Assembly (NCBI RefSeq): GCF_003704095.1
Contig: NW_020844150.1
Span: forward strand, 1 to 64,000
From: Pocillopora damicornis
Taxonomy: Eukaryota
Reading direction: 5' to 3'
Length of the DNA: 64,000 nucleotides
In this document: one piece after another, positions 37,092 through 49,336 of the stretch
How the letters are laid out: each line of letters begins with the position of its first letter
Numbering within the stretch: position 1 is the first letter of the stretch
Translations under genes and position numbers: made by a program
The notes under the pieces: generated by a model
The model's database searches: none
Seen by the model: only the letters and a program-made list of their open reading frames with translations
What the model was told of the DNA's origin: nothing

Positions 37092-39257
37092 ATATTTACA
37101 ACGGTGTCACTAACGACTAGTGTAGATCGGGTAAGAATCGGGCAGTACACCAATCGTTTGTTGAATTTCGGTTAGAGATGAGAACAGTTTAGGATTTCAC
37201 CTAAAACGCCGTTCAGAAAAGTGTAGCTGAGAAATTTACCGCAGGCATCCTAAGTTGTTAACCAAAGGTTATTTGCAATATCTGGTTAAATTTACCAAAG
37301 TAACGGAAGAGAACGTCAAATCAAGCAGAGACATATGCTTCATGTTTCTAAGATAAAGAAGTTTTACCAGTCGTGATTCAGAAAATAATGTAAACAGGTA
37401 TATTTAACGTTTAACCTCAGGGCCTCCAAACATTATGATAAATATCATAGAGGATAGTCAAGTAATATCATACGATGAATATGAATAGATAGAAAATGAC
37501 TCGGTGGCTATGTTTGAAGGCTTTTTTCACCAAGCAATGTCGTGTAAGAGGACTTTTTATTCTTAGCCTCGTTTCCATGCTAGCGAACTTCTGACATGCG
37601 TGGTTCTCATCTTCAGAAGTTAAATTGAATTAGCCTTTATCAGAAAATTCTAGTCTAAGGGTCATAAGTGCTGTGACAACGTTTCATGCTTTTATCATTA
37701 ATTTGAACAATTTTGGTCGATAACCGCGAGACCACATAAGGATGTGCCTAACACAATATATGTTACTTTATGATCATATCATATCTTATTCACAAATACG
37801 CATCAGCATGGAATACCAAGGTAAATAACAGAACATCCTAGAATGCTATTCTAAACAAAATACATGTTTCAAAATCGAATCAACAAGTTTTATGACATGA
37901 GCAATAGCACTGCTTTCCGAGGAAAAAGCTTTAGAAAAAATAAAATTAGGCTTCTCTCAAGCAAGAAAATAGACGAGTTTTTCCCAGCATAATCGTTTCT
38001 AACCTGCTATGAGGGGTTTTCTTGACATGTAGCTTTCTACGACTACCAAAATAAACCTCGATACATTAAACAGTTCCACAATTTTGGAAATTGTTGTCAA
38101 CACTATTAAAAATGGAGTACATTCTGTTGACACAAACGTTTTAGCAGGAAAGAGGTGGTGAAAGAATTTGTAACTATGGATCTTAATCACGAGAACATTC
38201 CCCTGCCTCTTAAGCCAAAGAAAATGAATTTGCCTCAGGAGCTATAAAAGATGTTGACCTTCGAGTACTTATCATCTTCGGCTCGCATTTATAAATTACC
38301 ATCATAGGTGAGTCAAATTGCTCAAAATAATTCATAGTATGCTTTGTACCATGCAAAATCCCCCAAAATGAGATATCTAAAGACGCTTTCGTAATTTATC
38401 TTTTCATCTATATGCTATGTTTGCTCACGGTATTTAATTACTTATGGGACTTTCACAGCGGTGGTCCACTCTGAGTATTCACCATCTTCGAGGAAAATAT
38501 TTTAGATCATTCCCCTTCAATTTCTTTTAAGACGTTCGTAAAATTTCTTTGCACTCATCCATATCTGTCTTGAATGATCAACTCTCGGTTGAGTATCCTT
38601 GAGTCTACCTCATTTTGCAGTTTTCTTAGAAATAATTTCATGTTATATCTCAGCTATTCTTGAAACGACTTGTTTTCTGCTAGCGGGATTTAAAGAAATC
38701 ACCTAGCCCTCCATGAAAAGTTCTCTCTCAAATAATCGCTCTCCTTTGAAACATGAAAAGGGATGGAAATAATTGCCCCAGTTTGAGATTCAACGAAATA
38801 ATGGTGCAGCAGTTGCGGTAAATTTTAATTAGAAATCACTCCAAATAAGATCAACTAAAATGAACCAAAACAGCCTCTAAAAATATGAGCTAATCAATTT
38901 AGACTATACAAAGTAAAGTTATTTTACGACCAATATCTTGAGGGCACTTAGAATGATGGAAAGATTTGGTTGCTTCTTCTCTCCAAACTTTTATCATTCC
39001 ACTCGTTTACTAATAAGCTACGAAATGTTGCATAGTCAGTGGTAAAACATCAAGGGATGTAGGCGGTCTAGAGTAAAGTGAGTCAATGTCTACCAAAACT
39101 TTATGTTTCAAATAATTTATGTCGTAATTGAGCATTCTCAATTTGGTTTTTCCTCCAAGGTAGCATCAAAATCCATGTTTCGTTGTTTGAAAGACCTTGG
39201 TATCTGAAGATAGCCTGCAGCTTTCCTTTCAAAGTGATCAATAGTTCAAATCCAGAC

Positions 39258-39655
39258 TCACTCTATTGGCAAGGTTTTGAAGCTGAACAACTTATTGCCG
39301 ATTGGTTCAGTTCAGTTGTTGATCTCTCAATTCCGGTCAGCTTGCCTTCCCCGCCGATATCTTTGTGGGTACAATATATTTTTCCGAGAGAATCACGGTA
39401 TTTAAGCACGTGCTACGCGTAAACAATCGGACCCAACAGAAATTTCAGGTAAAGCAGGTTATTGCTCATCAAATGAAGGCACGAAAAAACATGATCATAA
39501 TAATGAGAAGAACGACATTTAAACGGAAAGAGCTTCGCTGCACCTTAATGTGTCTTCCGACTTCGTATTGGAGTGACCATCCTGCAGCCATTTTCTTTTC
39601 CATGGTGTAATGCAGAATAATGTATACCACGATAGTAACGAGAACAACAGTGCAC
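39258..39655 (-). pseudogene. Family B copy B6, 3' half only
   Basis: Paralog of 32522-32940 with the same 5' breakpoint (gtgcacctcaggcgg) and the same TM6-TM7 deletion. Confidence 0.88.
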
Positions 39656-39994
39656 CTCAGGCGGTGTGCGCACTCTGATTGCGTTGCATCATGGTCGTAA
39701 AACGAAAAAGCGAGTCATTTACATCCTGTCGCGGTCGAGTGAACATCCCTGGTGGCAGCAAGATAGCGCGAATAAACGTGGAATGTAATGGGGATTCAGT
39801 GCCTGTTGCCATTCCTTCCAAAGTTAAAAATTTTTGGCAGGCTTGCGCGACTCCTGTTATTCCTCCGTGACAAATTCGTTGTTAGGAGGCAACTGAAGAG
39901 ATTCAGAAAGAATCGAAACTGCAGCCTTGCCCAAGAATCTATTCATTTGGCAGCAGTTACGCTCACAGCCGATGGTTGTGTGAATAATATAAAA

Positions 39995-40445
39995 TTTGCG
40001 AGTTATTTAACAGGGAATCAACCCTTGACATGCAAACTCATTACAAAGAGACAGCTACCTTCTTATACACCTATTATTTTTCATGTCATACACTTAAAGG
40101 CGTAAATACTGGAATCGCAAAAGGAGAAGCGTTACGCCTTTTAAGACCAAATTCGTCACGCTCAACGTTTAATAAAAAACGTACAGATTTTCAAATATGC
40201 TTAAAAGAATAGAGAATACTTAAAATAAGGTTCTCTGGAGTTATCTTCTACGGTAGAGACAGTATACTTGAAAACAAAGAAAATAGCGCGCGCACATGAA
40301 AATATTACCTTTTGTGACAATCTCATTCGGCTTTGCCAAACCTCAAGAACGTACCGACAGGGAAATTACACCTTAAAACTAACCCTTATTATCACATCGC
40401 GAAGGAAAGTCATTAAAAGATATCTTAATAACAGCTAACTTTTCA
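39995..40445 (+). mobile_element. Penelope-like retroelement remnant (region downstream of the RT core)
   Basis: FNRESTLDMQTHYKETATFLYT..SCH..KGEALRLLR.NSS, then ILPFVT..HSALPNLKNV..GKSLKDIL; a short start of the same sequence is at about 33280-33312. Confidence 0.8.
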
Positions 40446-41159
40446 GGTCAGAAGATCAAAAAGCGCAAACGAATGGCAGAAGTCTCAAGTGACTTCTTTC
40501 ATCGCTCTAATTCAACTGTCCTTCATTCAATGATCAAGATCATAGATTTACCATACAACACTCGCGATTAGTAAATCTGCTTCTACTTAGGAAAGTAGAT
40601 TTACGACACAATTGGGTATACAATAGTAACGCTGTGTAACGCAACAATGGGCCTTTTCTTGGTCTTGGTTGAAGGTCCAAGCTCTTTGTTCACTGTAAAT
40701 ACATCCTTTTGTAAATAGCTGAGAATAAGCATTCGTTGAAGTCCAATCTCCGGATCCTGCTAAGGTCTACTGTTTGATAGAGCTTTTCAAATATTTGGTA
40801 TTTGTCACTTAACGAAATATCCAGATGGAAAATGAAATTCCCTGCTATGCTGAATGATTTGTTCTTCTTTGATCCCAACACGTGCGGACCTCCACTGGAA
40901 TAATTGAACTTATTCCAAAAGGCACAAATTCGGTGCAATTTCAAAATTTAAAAGGCTTAGCACATCTTACAATAAAATACTTGGCTTGATGGCTATGTCT
41001 AAGTTCGTAATAATGGCGACACAGCGTCTCATGTCCATGGTAAAAAAATTGTAAAATCAATTTTTATGAGTCATATAAACGCAAAACAGGTTAATAAACG
41101 AATGGGGAAAGTATTTTCACGCTAATAATTTCTTCCGCGCTCTGATCATCATTTTTGAA

Positions 41160-42329
41160 ATGAACTTGACTTGTGCAAATTATTCCTTGCTCAACATGGG
41201 CGTTGATTACTTCAAAGAGCTACAACAGAGCCAAAAACCTTCAAATTCTTCAGTTTGCACAAGGGCAGCTAGCTTTAATTCACAGAAAGAGATGATGCAT
41301 GTTGAAGAGTTTTCAAAGGCAGCTTTCGGTTCGTCCATTTTTATTATCATAGTTTCGTCCATGACAATCGTGGCCAACAGTTTGCTTCTTGTAACTTTTC
41401 TCGTCGATCCACTCAAGATTTTCCGCAACCCAACCAGCTACTTTCTCATCGGTTTGGCCATCGTGGATCTCCTAACAGCACTGATACAAGAACCTATCTA
41501 TGCCACCTGTTTCATGCTGATGTACTTTCAGCATCCTTCGTGGACGAAATGTGCACCTTGGATGGAATTTGCATCTTATTTTTCGGCATTTCCAATCTCA
41601 GTATCGGCATCTATCGTTTTTGCCTTTACATTGACGCAGTATGTCGTGGTGGCATCGCCTCTGAAGTATGGCCGCATGATTACAAAGAAGAAAGCTTTCA
41701 TTAGCGTTGTGGCTCTATACCTCTATCATACGCTTATCTGTTGTTTACCTCTAATGGGTGTTCCACAGAAGACCATGGACGCCATCGGCTTATTTTTTTA
41801 CAACTACGCTGTTGTTCTCGTTACCATCGTGGTATACATTGTTCTGCATTACACCATGAAAAAGAAGATGACCGCAGGGCGCTCACTCCAAAACGAAGGT
41901 TCATCCACTTCTCGCGAGGAAGGAAGACACGTTCAGGTGCAGCGAAGCTTTGTCCGTTTAAACGTCGTTCTTCTCATTATTATGATCATGTCTTTCCTGC
42001 CTTCAGTTATACTCATGACAATCAGATTTTTTCTGGACGACGTATTTACTGCTCGGAATGGGATACGGGTTCTCGTTGCAAATTTGATGACCGATAACCT
42101 GCTTTACCTGAAATTTCTGTTAGATCCGATTGTCTACGCGTGGCGCATGTCCAAGTACAGGAAGTCTCTAAAAAGCACTCTTTATCGTAATAAAGATAAA
42201 GAATCCAGCAGAACTGAAAACGAGATTAAAATCACAGATGCAAGATGTCAGATAGGTGAGCTGGCAAGTACTGAACTGAACAGGTCAGCGATAACTTTAC
42301 TCAGCTTTAAAAATGTCAGCACAGATTAA
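41160..42329 (+). CDS. Intronless class A GPCR, family B copy B7 (389 aa)
   Basis: Full-length paralog, closest to B5. Confidence 0.93.
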   Translation: MNLTCANYSLLNMGVDYFKELQQSQKPSNSSVCTRAASFNSQKEMMHVEEFSKAAFGSSIFIIIVSSMTIVANSLLLVTFLVDPLKIFRNPTSYFLIGLAIVDLLTALIQEPIYATCFMLMYFQHPSWTKCAPWMEFASYFSAFPISVSASIVFAFTLTQYVVVASPLKYGRMITKKKAFISVVALYLYHTLICCLPLMGVPQKTMDAIGLFFYNYAVVLVTIVVYIVLHYTMKKKMTAGRSLQNEGSSTSREEGRHVQVQRSFVRLNVVLLIIMIMSFLPSVILMTIRFFLDDVFTARNGIRVLVANLMTDNLLYLKFLLDPIVYAWRMSKYRKSLKSTLYRNKDKESSRTENEIKITDARCQIGELASTELNRSAITLLSFKNVSTD

Positions 42330-42470
42330 GGGTTGACCCTCTTCCATTTTGGTGCACATTAGCAGTCATAAATGATGAATCAGACATCTCCCATGGATAG
42401 AATTGAACCCACCACAACTGAGAAATTTACCGCGAGTCGAACGCAGTGCTCTATCATCACAATAAAACTC

Positions 42471-42680
42471 ATGCTTCCAAGCCCATAGAACTGGGGGTGG
42501 CAGCAGCTCAACAACTCATGGTCACCATTCTGGACCGCTTTACCGCTAGGAAAGGAATCTGGTCACGAACTCATTCGATGTGGATGCAGAGCCTCATGTA
42601 GAGGGCGATTCAAGTGCTTAAAAGCTAATTTGGCATGCACTGGTTTGTGCAACTGTGGCGGCAACTGCCAACAACCATAG
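42471..42680 (+). mobile_element. Decayed C-terminal CXC-type Cys-rich coding fragment, probably transposon-derived
   Basis: LPSP*NWGWQ..WSPFWTALP..ELIRCGCRASCRGRFKCLKANLACTGLCNCGGNC*; present 3' of B5 and B7 but not B1 or B2. Confidence 0.6.
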
Positions 42681-44362
42681 ATATGTACAACGGTGTCACT
42701 AAAAACTAGTGTTGATCGAGTAAGAATTAGGCAGTACATCAATCGTTTGTTGAATTTCGGTTAGATAGGAGAACAGTTTAGGATTTCACCCAAAGCGCCG
42801 CTCAAAGAAGTGTAGCTGAGAAATTTACCACAGGAATCTCAAATCTGTTAACCAAAGCTTATTTATAATAGCTGGTTAATTTTACCAAAGTAACGGAAGA
42901 GAATGTCAAATCAAGCAACGACATAAGCTTCATGTTTTTAAGATAAACAAGTTTTAACAATTGTGATTCAGAAAATACTGTAAACATGTATATTTAACGT
43001 TCAATTCCAGAGCACCCAAACATTATGATAAATATCAAAGAGGATAGTCACGTAATGGCATAAGATGAATATGAATGGATAGAAAATGACTCGGTGGTTA
43101 TGTTTGAAGACTTTTTTCGCAAATGTCCGTACCCAATGTCATTTAAGAAGATTTTTTATTTATAGCCTTTTTTCGCGAATTTCTGACATGCGTGGTCCTC
43201 ATCTCCAGAAGTTATATTGAATTGGCCTTTTTCAGAAAATGTTAGTTTGAGGGTCATTAGTGCTGTGGCAAAGTTTCATGCTTTTATCATTAATTTGAAC
43301 AATTTTGGTCGATAACCGCTAGACTACATAGGGTATGCCTCATACAATAAAGAATACGCACAAATACGCATCAGCACGAACGCCATTTTTAACAAAATAC
43401 ATGTTTCAAAATCAAATCATCAAGATTTGTGACATTAACAATAGCATTGCTTTCGGAGGAAAAAGCTTCTTGGATCGTTTAAGAAATCTAAATTGTTTGT
43501 TTGTGTCATTAAATTCACGACATATAAATAGGCTTTCTCTCCAGCAAGGAAATAAACGAGCTATTCCCATCCTTATCGTTTCTAATCTGCTATGAGGGGT
43601 TTTCTTGCCATTTGGCTTTCGACGACTACCAAAATAAACCTCTATACATTAAACAGTTCCACAATTTTGGAAATTGTTGTCAACACTATTAAAAATGGAG
43701 TACATTCTGTTTACACAAACGTTTTTAGCGGGAAAGAAGTGGTGAAAAAATTTGTAACTATGGAACTTAATCGCGAGAACATTCCCACGCCTCTTAAACC
43801 AAAGAAAATCAAACTGCCTCAGGAGCTATAAAAGATGTTGGCCTTCGAGTACTTATCAGCTTCGGCCCGCATTTATAAAACATTAGCATAGTTGAGTCAA
43901 ACTGCTCAAAATAATTCATAGTCTGCTTTGTACCATGCAAAATCCCCCAAAATGAGTGGTAAGATATATAAAGACGCTTCTCGTAATTGATCTTTTCGTC
44001 TGTATGCTATATTTGCTCACGGTATTTAATTACTTATCGGACTTTCACAGCGGTGGTCCCATCTGAGTAGTCAATATCTTCGAGGAAAATATTTTAGATC
44101 ATTCCCCTTCTATTTGTTTTAAGACGTCCGTAAAATTACTTCACTCTCATCTATATCTGTCTTGAATGATCAACTCTCGGTTGAGTATCCTTGAGTCTAC
44201 CTCATTTTGCAGTTTTCTTAGAAATTATTTCATGTTACATCTCAGCTATTCTTAGAATGACTTGTGTTTTGCCAGCGGGATTTAAAGCAATCACCTGGCC
44301 CTCCATGAAAAGTTCTCTCTCAAATAATCGCTCTCCTTTGAAACATGAAAAGGGATGGGAAT

Positions 44363-45122
44363 AATCTTATTGTCATGAGTATAACCTAAGGCACAAATAA
44401 CACGATCATAATGAGAAGAACGACATTTAAACGGACAAAGCTTCGCTGCACCTTAATGTGTCTTCTCTCTTCGCGAGAAGTCGATGAGGTTTCGTTTTGG
44501 AGGGACCATCCTGTAGCCATTTTCTTTTTCATGGTGTAATGCTGAATAACGTATACCTCGATGGTGATGAGAACAACAGCGTAGTCGTGAAAGAATAAGT
44601 CGATGGCGTCTTTGGTCTTCCGCGGAACACCCATCAAAGGTAAACAACAGATAAACGTGTGATAGAGATATACTGCAACAACGCTAACGAAAGCTTTCTT
44701 CTTTGTAATCATGCGGCCGTACTTCAGAGGCGATGCCACCACGAAATACTGCGTCAATGTGAAGGCAAAAAGGATGGATGCCGATATTGAGACTGGAAAT
44801 GCCGGAAAATGACCTGCAAATTCCAGCTGAGGAGCACAATTTCTCCTCGAAGGATGCTGAAAGCAAAAAAAGTTACAAGAAGCAAGATGTTGGCCAGGAT
44901 TGTCACGGGCGAAACTATGATGATAAAGATAGACGAACCAAATGCTGTTTTGGAAAAACTTTCAACATGACCCATCGCGTGCGCTGAAATAACGGAACTC
45001 GGTACAATGCTTGCAACTGAAAGGTTGTCATTGAATACGGATTCATTTAACAGGTTTGGAATTGGTTACCTTCAAGAATTTTTGCCAAAGCTAAAGTGGG
45101 AGTTGTTGCATGTGGCATTCAT
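44363..45122 (-). pseudogene. Family B copy B8 (N-terminus to TM6, internal deletion, 3' truncated)
   Basis: MNATCNNS.., HVESFSKTAFGSSIF, TQYFVVASPLKYG; TM2 deleted; ends after VP*VILMTIR. Confidence 0.88.
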
Positions 45123-46304
45123 CCTTTTCCTAGCCTGGTCATGCAAACCCAGCGTAGTAAATAAATTTCTGCGGCGTGATTAGCAGATCTACGGAAACCG
45201 TTGGTTTATAAGGTGTTTATGTCATGCAATCGATGTTAAAAGAAGGCCGCTGTTAAACCGTTGCATATTTAACAGTGGCCAGTAGGAGAAGAGATAGATA
45301 TTTGTTCACACTGATGGTTCAGCAGGAGAGAAATGGAAATTCTTTTTCGCTGAGGGTCTTACTCGTCAAAACATTTCCCACGCCTTTTTATCTCTAAAGC
45401 CATAAAGAATGAAACTTTCTTAGAGGAGATATCCAAAATGTTATCCTGCATGATCTTCAAGGGATCCTCCGAGTGTTAAAATAATGTCAGCTCCAACTTC
45501 TTTTAAGACGTAATCGAAAGTACGTCACACCGAGCAATATCTTTCATAGATGGTAAACTCCACATGTTACAGTTGTCTTAATAACACTTTCGTATTATTT
45601 TTGAGTTATATTGGAATTATACTTCTTGATTTTCGCGAGCAAAATGTGAAGTAATCACCTCCCTCGTAAACAGTTTCGCTCTCAAAAAGTTGGTTTCATT
45701 TCGAGCAGACAAATGAATGCTGTAATTGCCCCTGTTAGCATCCAAAGAAATAATGTTAGACTAGTTAAATTATCGCTCGTCGTTCTGAAAAAGAACCACA
45801 AAAATATCCTAAACAGCAGCGAAAGGTGTAAGGCTAATCTAATATGTAAAATATAGTAAAGCTTATTTTCGACGAATAGATGGAGCGCATTCAGGATGGT
45901 TGAAACGTTTGGCTTGGTTCTTCTCTCCAAATTTTCTCATTTCACCCATGCATTATATGCATGGGTGAATAATATTATAATGTTGCAATTTAATTAATAA
46001 ACGATGAAGGGTTTTAGTAATAGGTGGTCCAGGGTAAAGCATGTCTATGTTTCTCAAAATGTAAAGGATTCTTGTCACGTATTTCATTGTTGAGCGCCAT
46101 CAATGTGGTTTAACCGCTAAGACAGCGCTGAAATCCATATTTCTATTTCTGAAGACTTTGGAAATCATAGATAGTCTTGGTTGTAATTCTAGCTTCCTCG
46201 CAAGTCCTTTGCGCAGACTGAGGGGATACTTGGAGGGTCCACACCCACTAAGCAACCCCGCCCAACGAGCCTGCCGCTTGGCTTCAAACTATTCAATTCC
46301 AGTC

Positions 46305-47400
46305 TTATTCCGTGTACACAGTTTTGAAGGTGAGCAATGTATTATTAATTCTTATAACTTATTCAATTCTATTACTGAACTCTCCTTTCCAGCCAAGCTG
46401 CTCTCTCTCTGCCGATATCCTTCTAGCGACAAAATATTCTTCTCAGAGACTCACGGTACTTCGGTATGCGCCACACGTATACAACCGGGTCTAACAGGAA
46501 TTTCAGGCAAATCAAATTATCGGCCATCAAATTTACTATTTGAACCTTTATTGCACAAGCACCGAATAAGCCCTCCATGAGAAATCTCATTGTCAAGAGT
46601 ATGATCGAAGGCACGAAAGACACGATCAAAATAATAAGAAGGAAAAAATTTACACGTACAACGCTTCGCTGCACCTTCATATGTCTTCCTTCCTCGCGAG
46701 AAGTCGATGAGCTTTCATTTTGAAGCTACAGCCATTTTCTCTTTCGTAGTGTAATGCAAAAAATGTACACCATGATGGTGATGAGAAAACGGTGTAACTG
46801 TGAAGAAATAAGTCGATGGCCTCTTTGGTCTTCTGTGGAACACCCATCAGAAGTAAAGAACAGTTGAGTGTATGATAACCATCTATTGCACCAACCTTAA
46901 TGAAAGCTTTCTTCTTTGTAATCATGCAGCCGTACTTCAGAGGCGATGCAACTACGATATATTGCATTAATGTGAAGGCAAAGACAATTGATGGTGATAT
47001 AGAGACGCAAAACTCTGAAAAATAATGCCCAAATCGCATCCAAGCAACAAATTTTGATGACGAAGGATGTTGAAAGTACAGGAGCATGAAACAGGTGGCA
47101 TAAGTAGGTTCTTTTACCAATCCAGTACGGAGATCTACTATGGCCGAACCGATGAGAAAGAATGTGGTAGGGTTGCGAAAAATTTTTATTGGATCCAGAA
47201 GAAAAGTTCCGAGAAGCAAACTGTCGACCAGGATTGTGAAGAGCGAAACCACGACGTGATGGATGACGCAGAAGCTGCTTTGGTTCAACGCAAATGGCCG
47301 ATCGATTTTCACCAAATATAACTTCATTTAACAGGCTTAGTTGCCTCAATGAATTAGTGCCAAAGTGAATGCGAGGGTTATTACGAGTGTCGTTCCTCAT
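46305..47400 (-). pseudogene. Family B copy B9, full length, frameshifted
   Basis: LDPIKIFRNPT, LMQYIVVASPLKYG, MADNLICLKFLLDPVVYVWR, C-terminal TLLTFKTV split over three frames. Confidence 0.9.
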
Positions 47401-48395
47401 TTCCTTCGCCTGGCCATGCAAACAAACGGTGTTAAAGTGGCGAAAGTGTGACAAATCAATTTATGGATCAGCTCCACGGCACCCCGGAGTTTCAGTATTA
47501 GGTGTTCATGTTCTTGAAGTAAACTCAAAAGCGGCCACTAACGGTGTTCGAAATTGAATCCTTTGCGATTAGCACTAGATTTTATTATCTCTAATTTACC
47601 ATGTTTATTACCATTTTCGGTGGTCAACAGACTTCACATTCCTAAACTTTTACTCTTTAGCCAAAGTGCAAGTTTTTGGTTCTTTTATAGGTAGCAATCG
47701 TTTGCATGTTTTCCTACAGAAATGTTGACTATTTGAAATCAATAAAAGAGATCGTTGTTGTTGAAGTTTCTGTAAGTTAGGGAAATTTCAATGCCATAAA
47801 CAGACAGTTAACCTAACATCAAGAACAGGAAATCAAAGAAATTACATGTTTTAATTTTTTTTTTTTAGTCTGGTAAAGATATATTTTCATTCACTCACTC
47901 AGATTCAGCCGTTTATTTTGTCATTTATAACACTGCAATCAGATGAACGAGGCTGAAATTTCTTTTCGCTATCCCCCAAATAAAGAGAGATGGAGAAAAA
48001 GCAAATCTCTTTGATTCACGAGCTACAACTTAAATCAGTTAAACCAGAGGCTCCAGGTTAACTGATAGCTGAAAGACCGTCCTGTAATAAAGAGGTCTAT
48101 CTACAAATCTTAAAGTTTCCCATTTAATATTCGCACGTTTACTCGTAACTTATTGCAATGCGATCTTGAAAAGTTCATTTGGAGAGTTCCTAAATTCACG
48201 GAACTGCAGAGCCAACTTTCAACTGCGAAAAGTTAAAAATGAGCGTCGGGACGCGATTTTGTATGGGGGGAGGGGGGGGGGAGTGGACTAAGGCCATCCT
48301 CTCCCAGGCCCCAAGCTCAGTCGTCCTTGATTCAAATAGTCAAATTCAATGTGAGACGATGGCTACTTAGCTATAAACTGTGCGAAACCTGAAGC

Positions 48396-48698
48396 TAGTA
48401 TACCGTCCAAATCGATCGCTTTCGTCTAAACCGTCCGAAGTCCGATGTTTCGTCCAAAAACGGACGGTACCGTCCAATACCAGACGGAATCGTCCTCAGT
48501 CGCATCCTTCCGTTCGAAATCGGACGTTGCTGTCCGATCATGGACGGTTGTTTTCCCATTCCAAAAGGAATGTGACCGAAGAAGAGTGCAGGGGATTGGA
48601 AACGAAAAAGCTCGGTCTGGCTTTGTTGCCTTGCTACAGCAACACAGCGGTCAAACACCGGTCATGCGCAAGAGTCTCAATAATAAAGTGGTAGACTG
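48396..48698. mobile_element. Probable MITE rich in ccgtcc/ggacgg inverted motifs
   Basis: Imperfect terminal inverted repeat agtatacc...ggtagact; GC-rich with repeated internal motif. Confidence 0.45.
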
Positions 48699-49336
48699 AA
48701 GTGTTCAGGGATAATTTTATAAAACCGTGTGCTTCAAACTCTTAATTGAGTTATGCTTTATATTCACTTCGGTGATGAAGATAAATGACAGAACCTTTCA
48801 ATTTTCAATCCCTGTAGCTCTTGCCAGTCCACTGTACGCGTTAAGCATGCATCTGCTGTCGTCAAAAATACCTTGTGCGGCTCTGATTCTTTCTCTTTAC
48901 ACACAGTTTCCCCCGGTGTTTACCGACAACTCTTCCATGAAAACATCAAAGAGCAATCCAAACGGCTGAGCTAACCGGCGACTTCATCACTCCACCGTGC
49001 AAAGTGTAAAACAAGTATTGGAGTGTAGACCAGCTCAAAGTGGAGAAAGTCTATAAAAGCAAAGCACATAAGTCTTGACGTAAGAATTTCGAACCTCCCT
49101 CACAAACTACCAAAGACTAGGTCTCACTTCGACTCTCAACAGAATGCCCTGCGGCTTGGATCCAAGTGCACATGCGTCACCGTTTGACCAGTCGTCTGTT
49201 AAATCGTTGACTTCTGTGTTTGCTGCAGCTTAGCAGCCTCGCCTTAAGTGAAATATGTAAAGAATCACCGAGGTACCCTTTTACTTTGCTAAAGTTCTAT
49301 CTTTTGACCAGAGATCTCAGATATATAGACAAGGAT

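Noticed and set aside
48264-48285. G-run as a functional G-quadruplex
   Set aside because: Simple homopolymer, common in such genomes; no supporting context
48780-49000. Selenoprotein, U3 snoRNA or telomerase RNA upstream of UBL4A
   Set aside because: In-frame TGA without a recognisable selenoprotein motif; no U3 5' GAC/box A sequence; no CUAACCCUAA template
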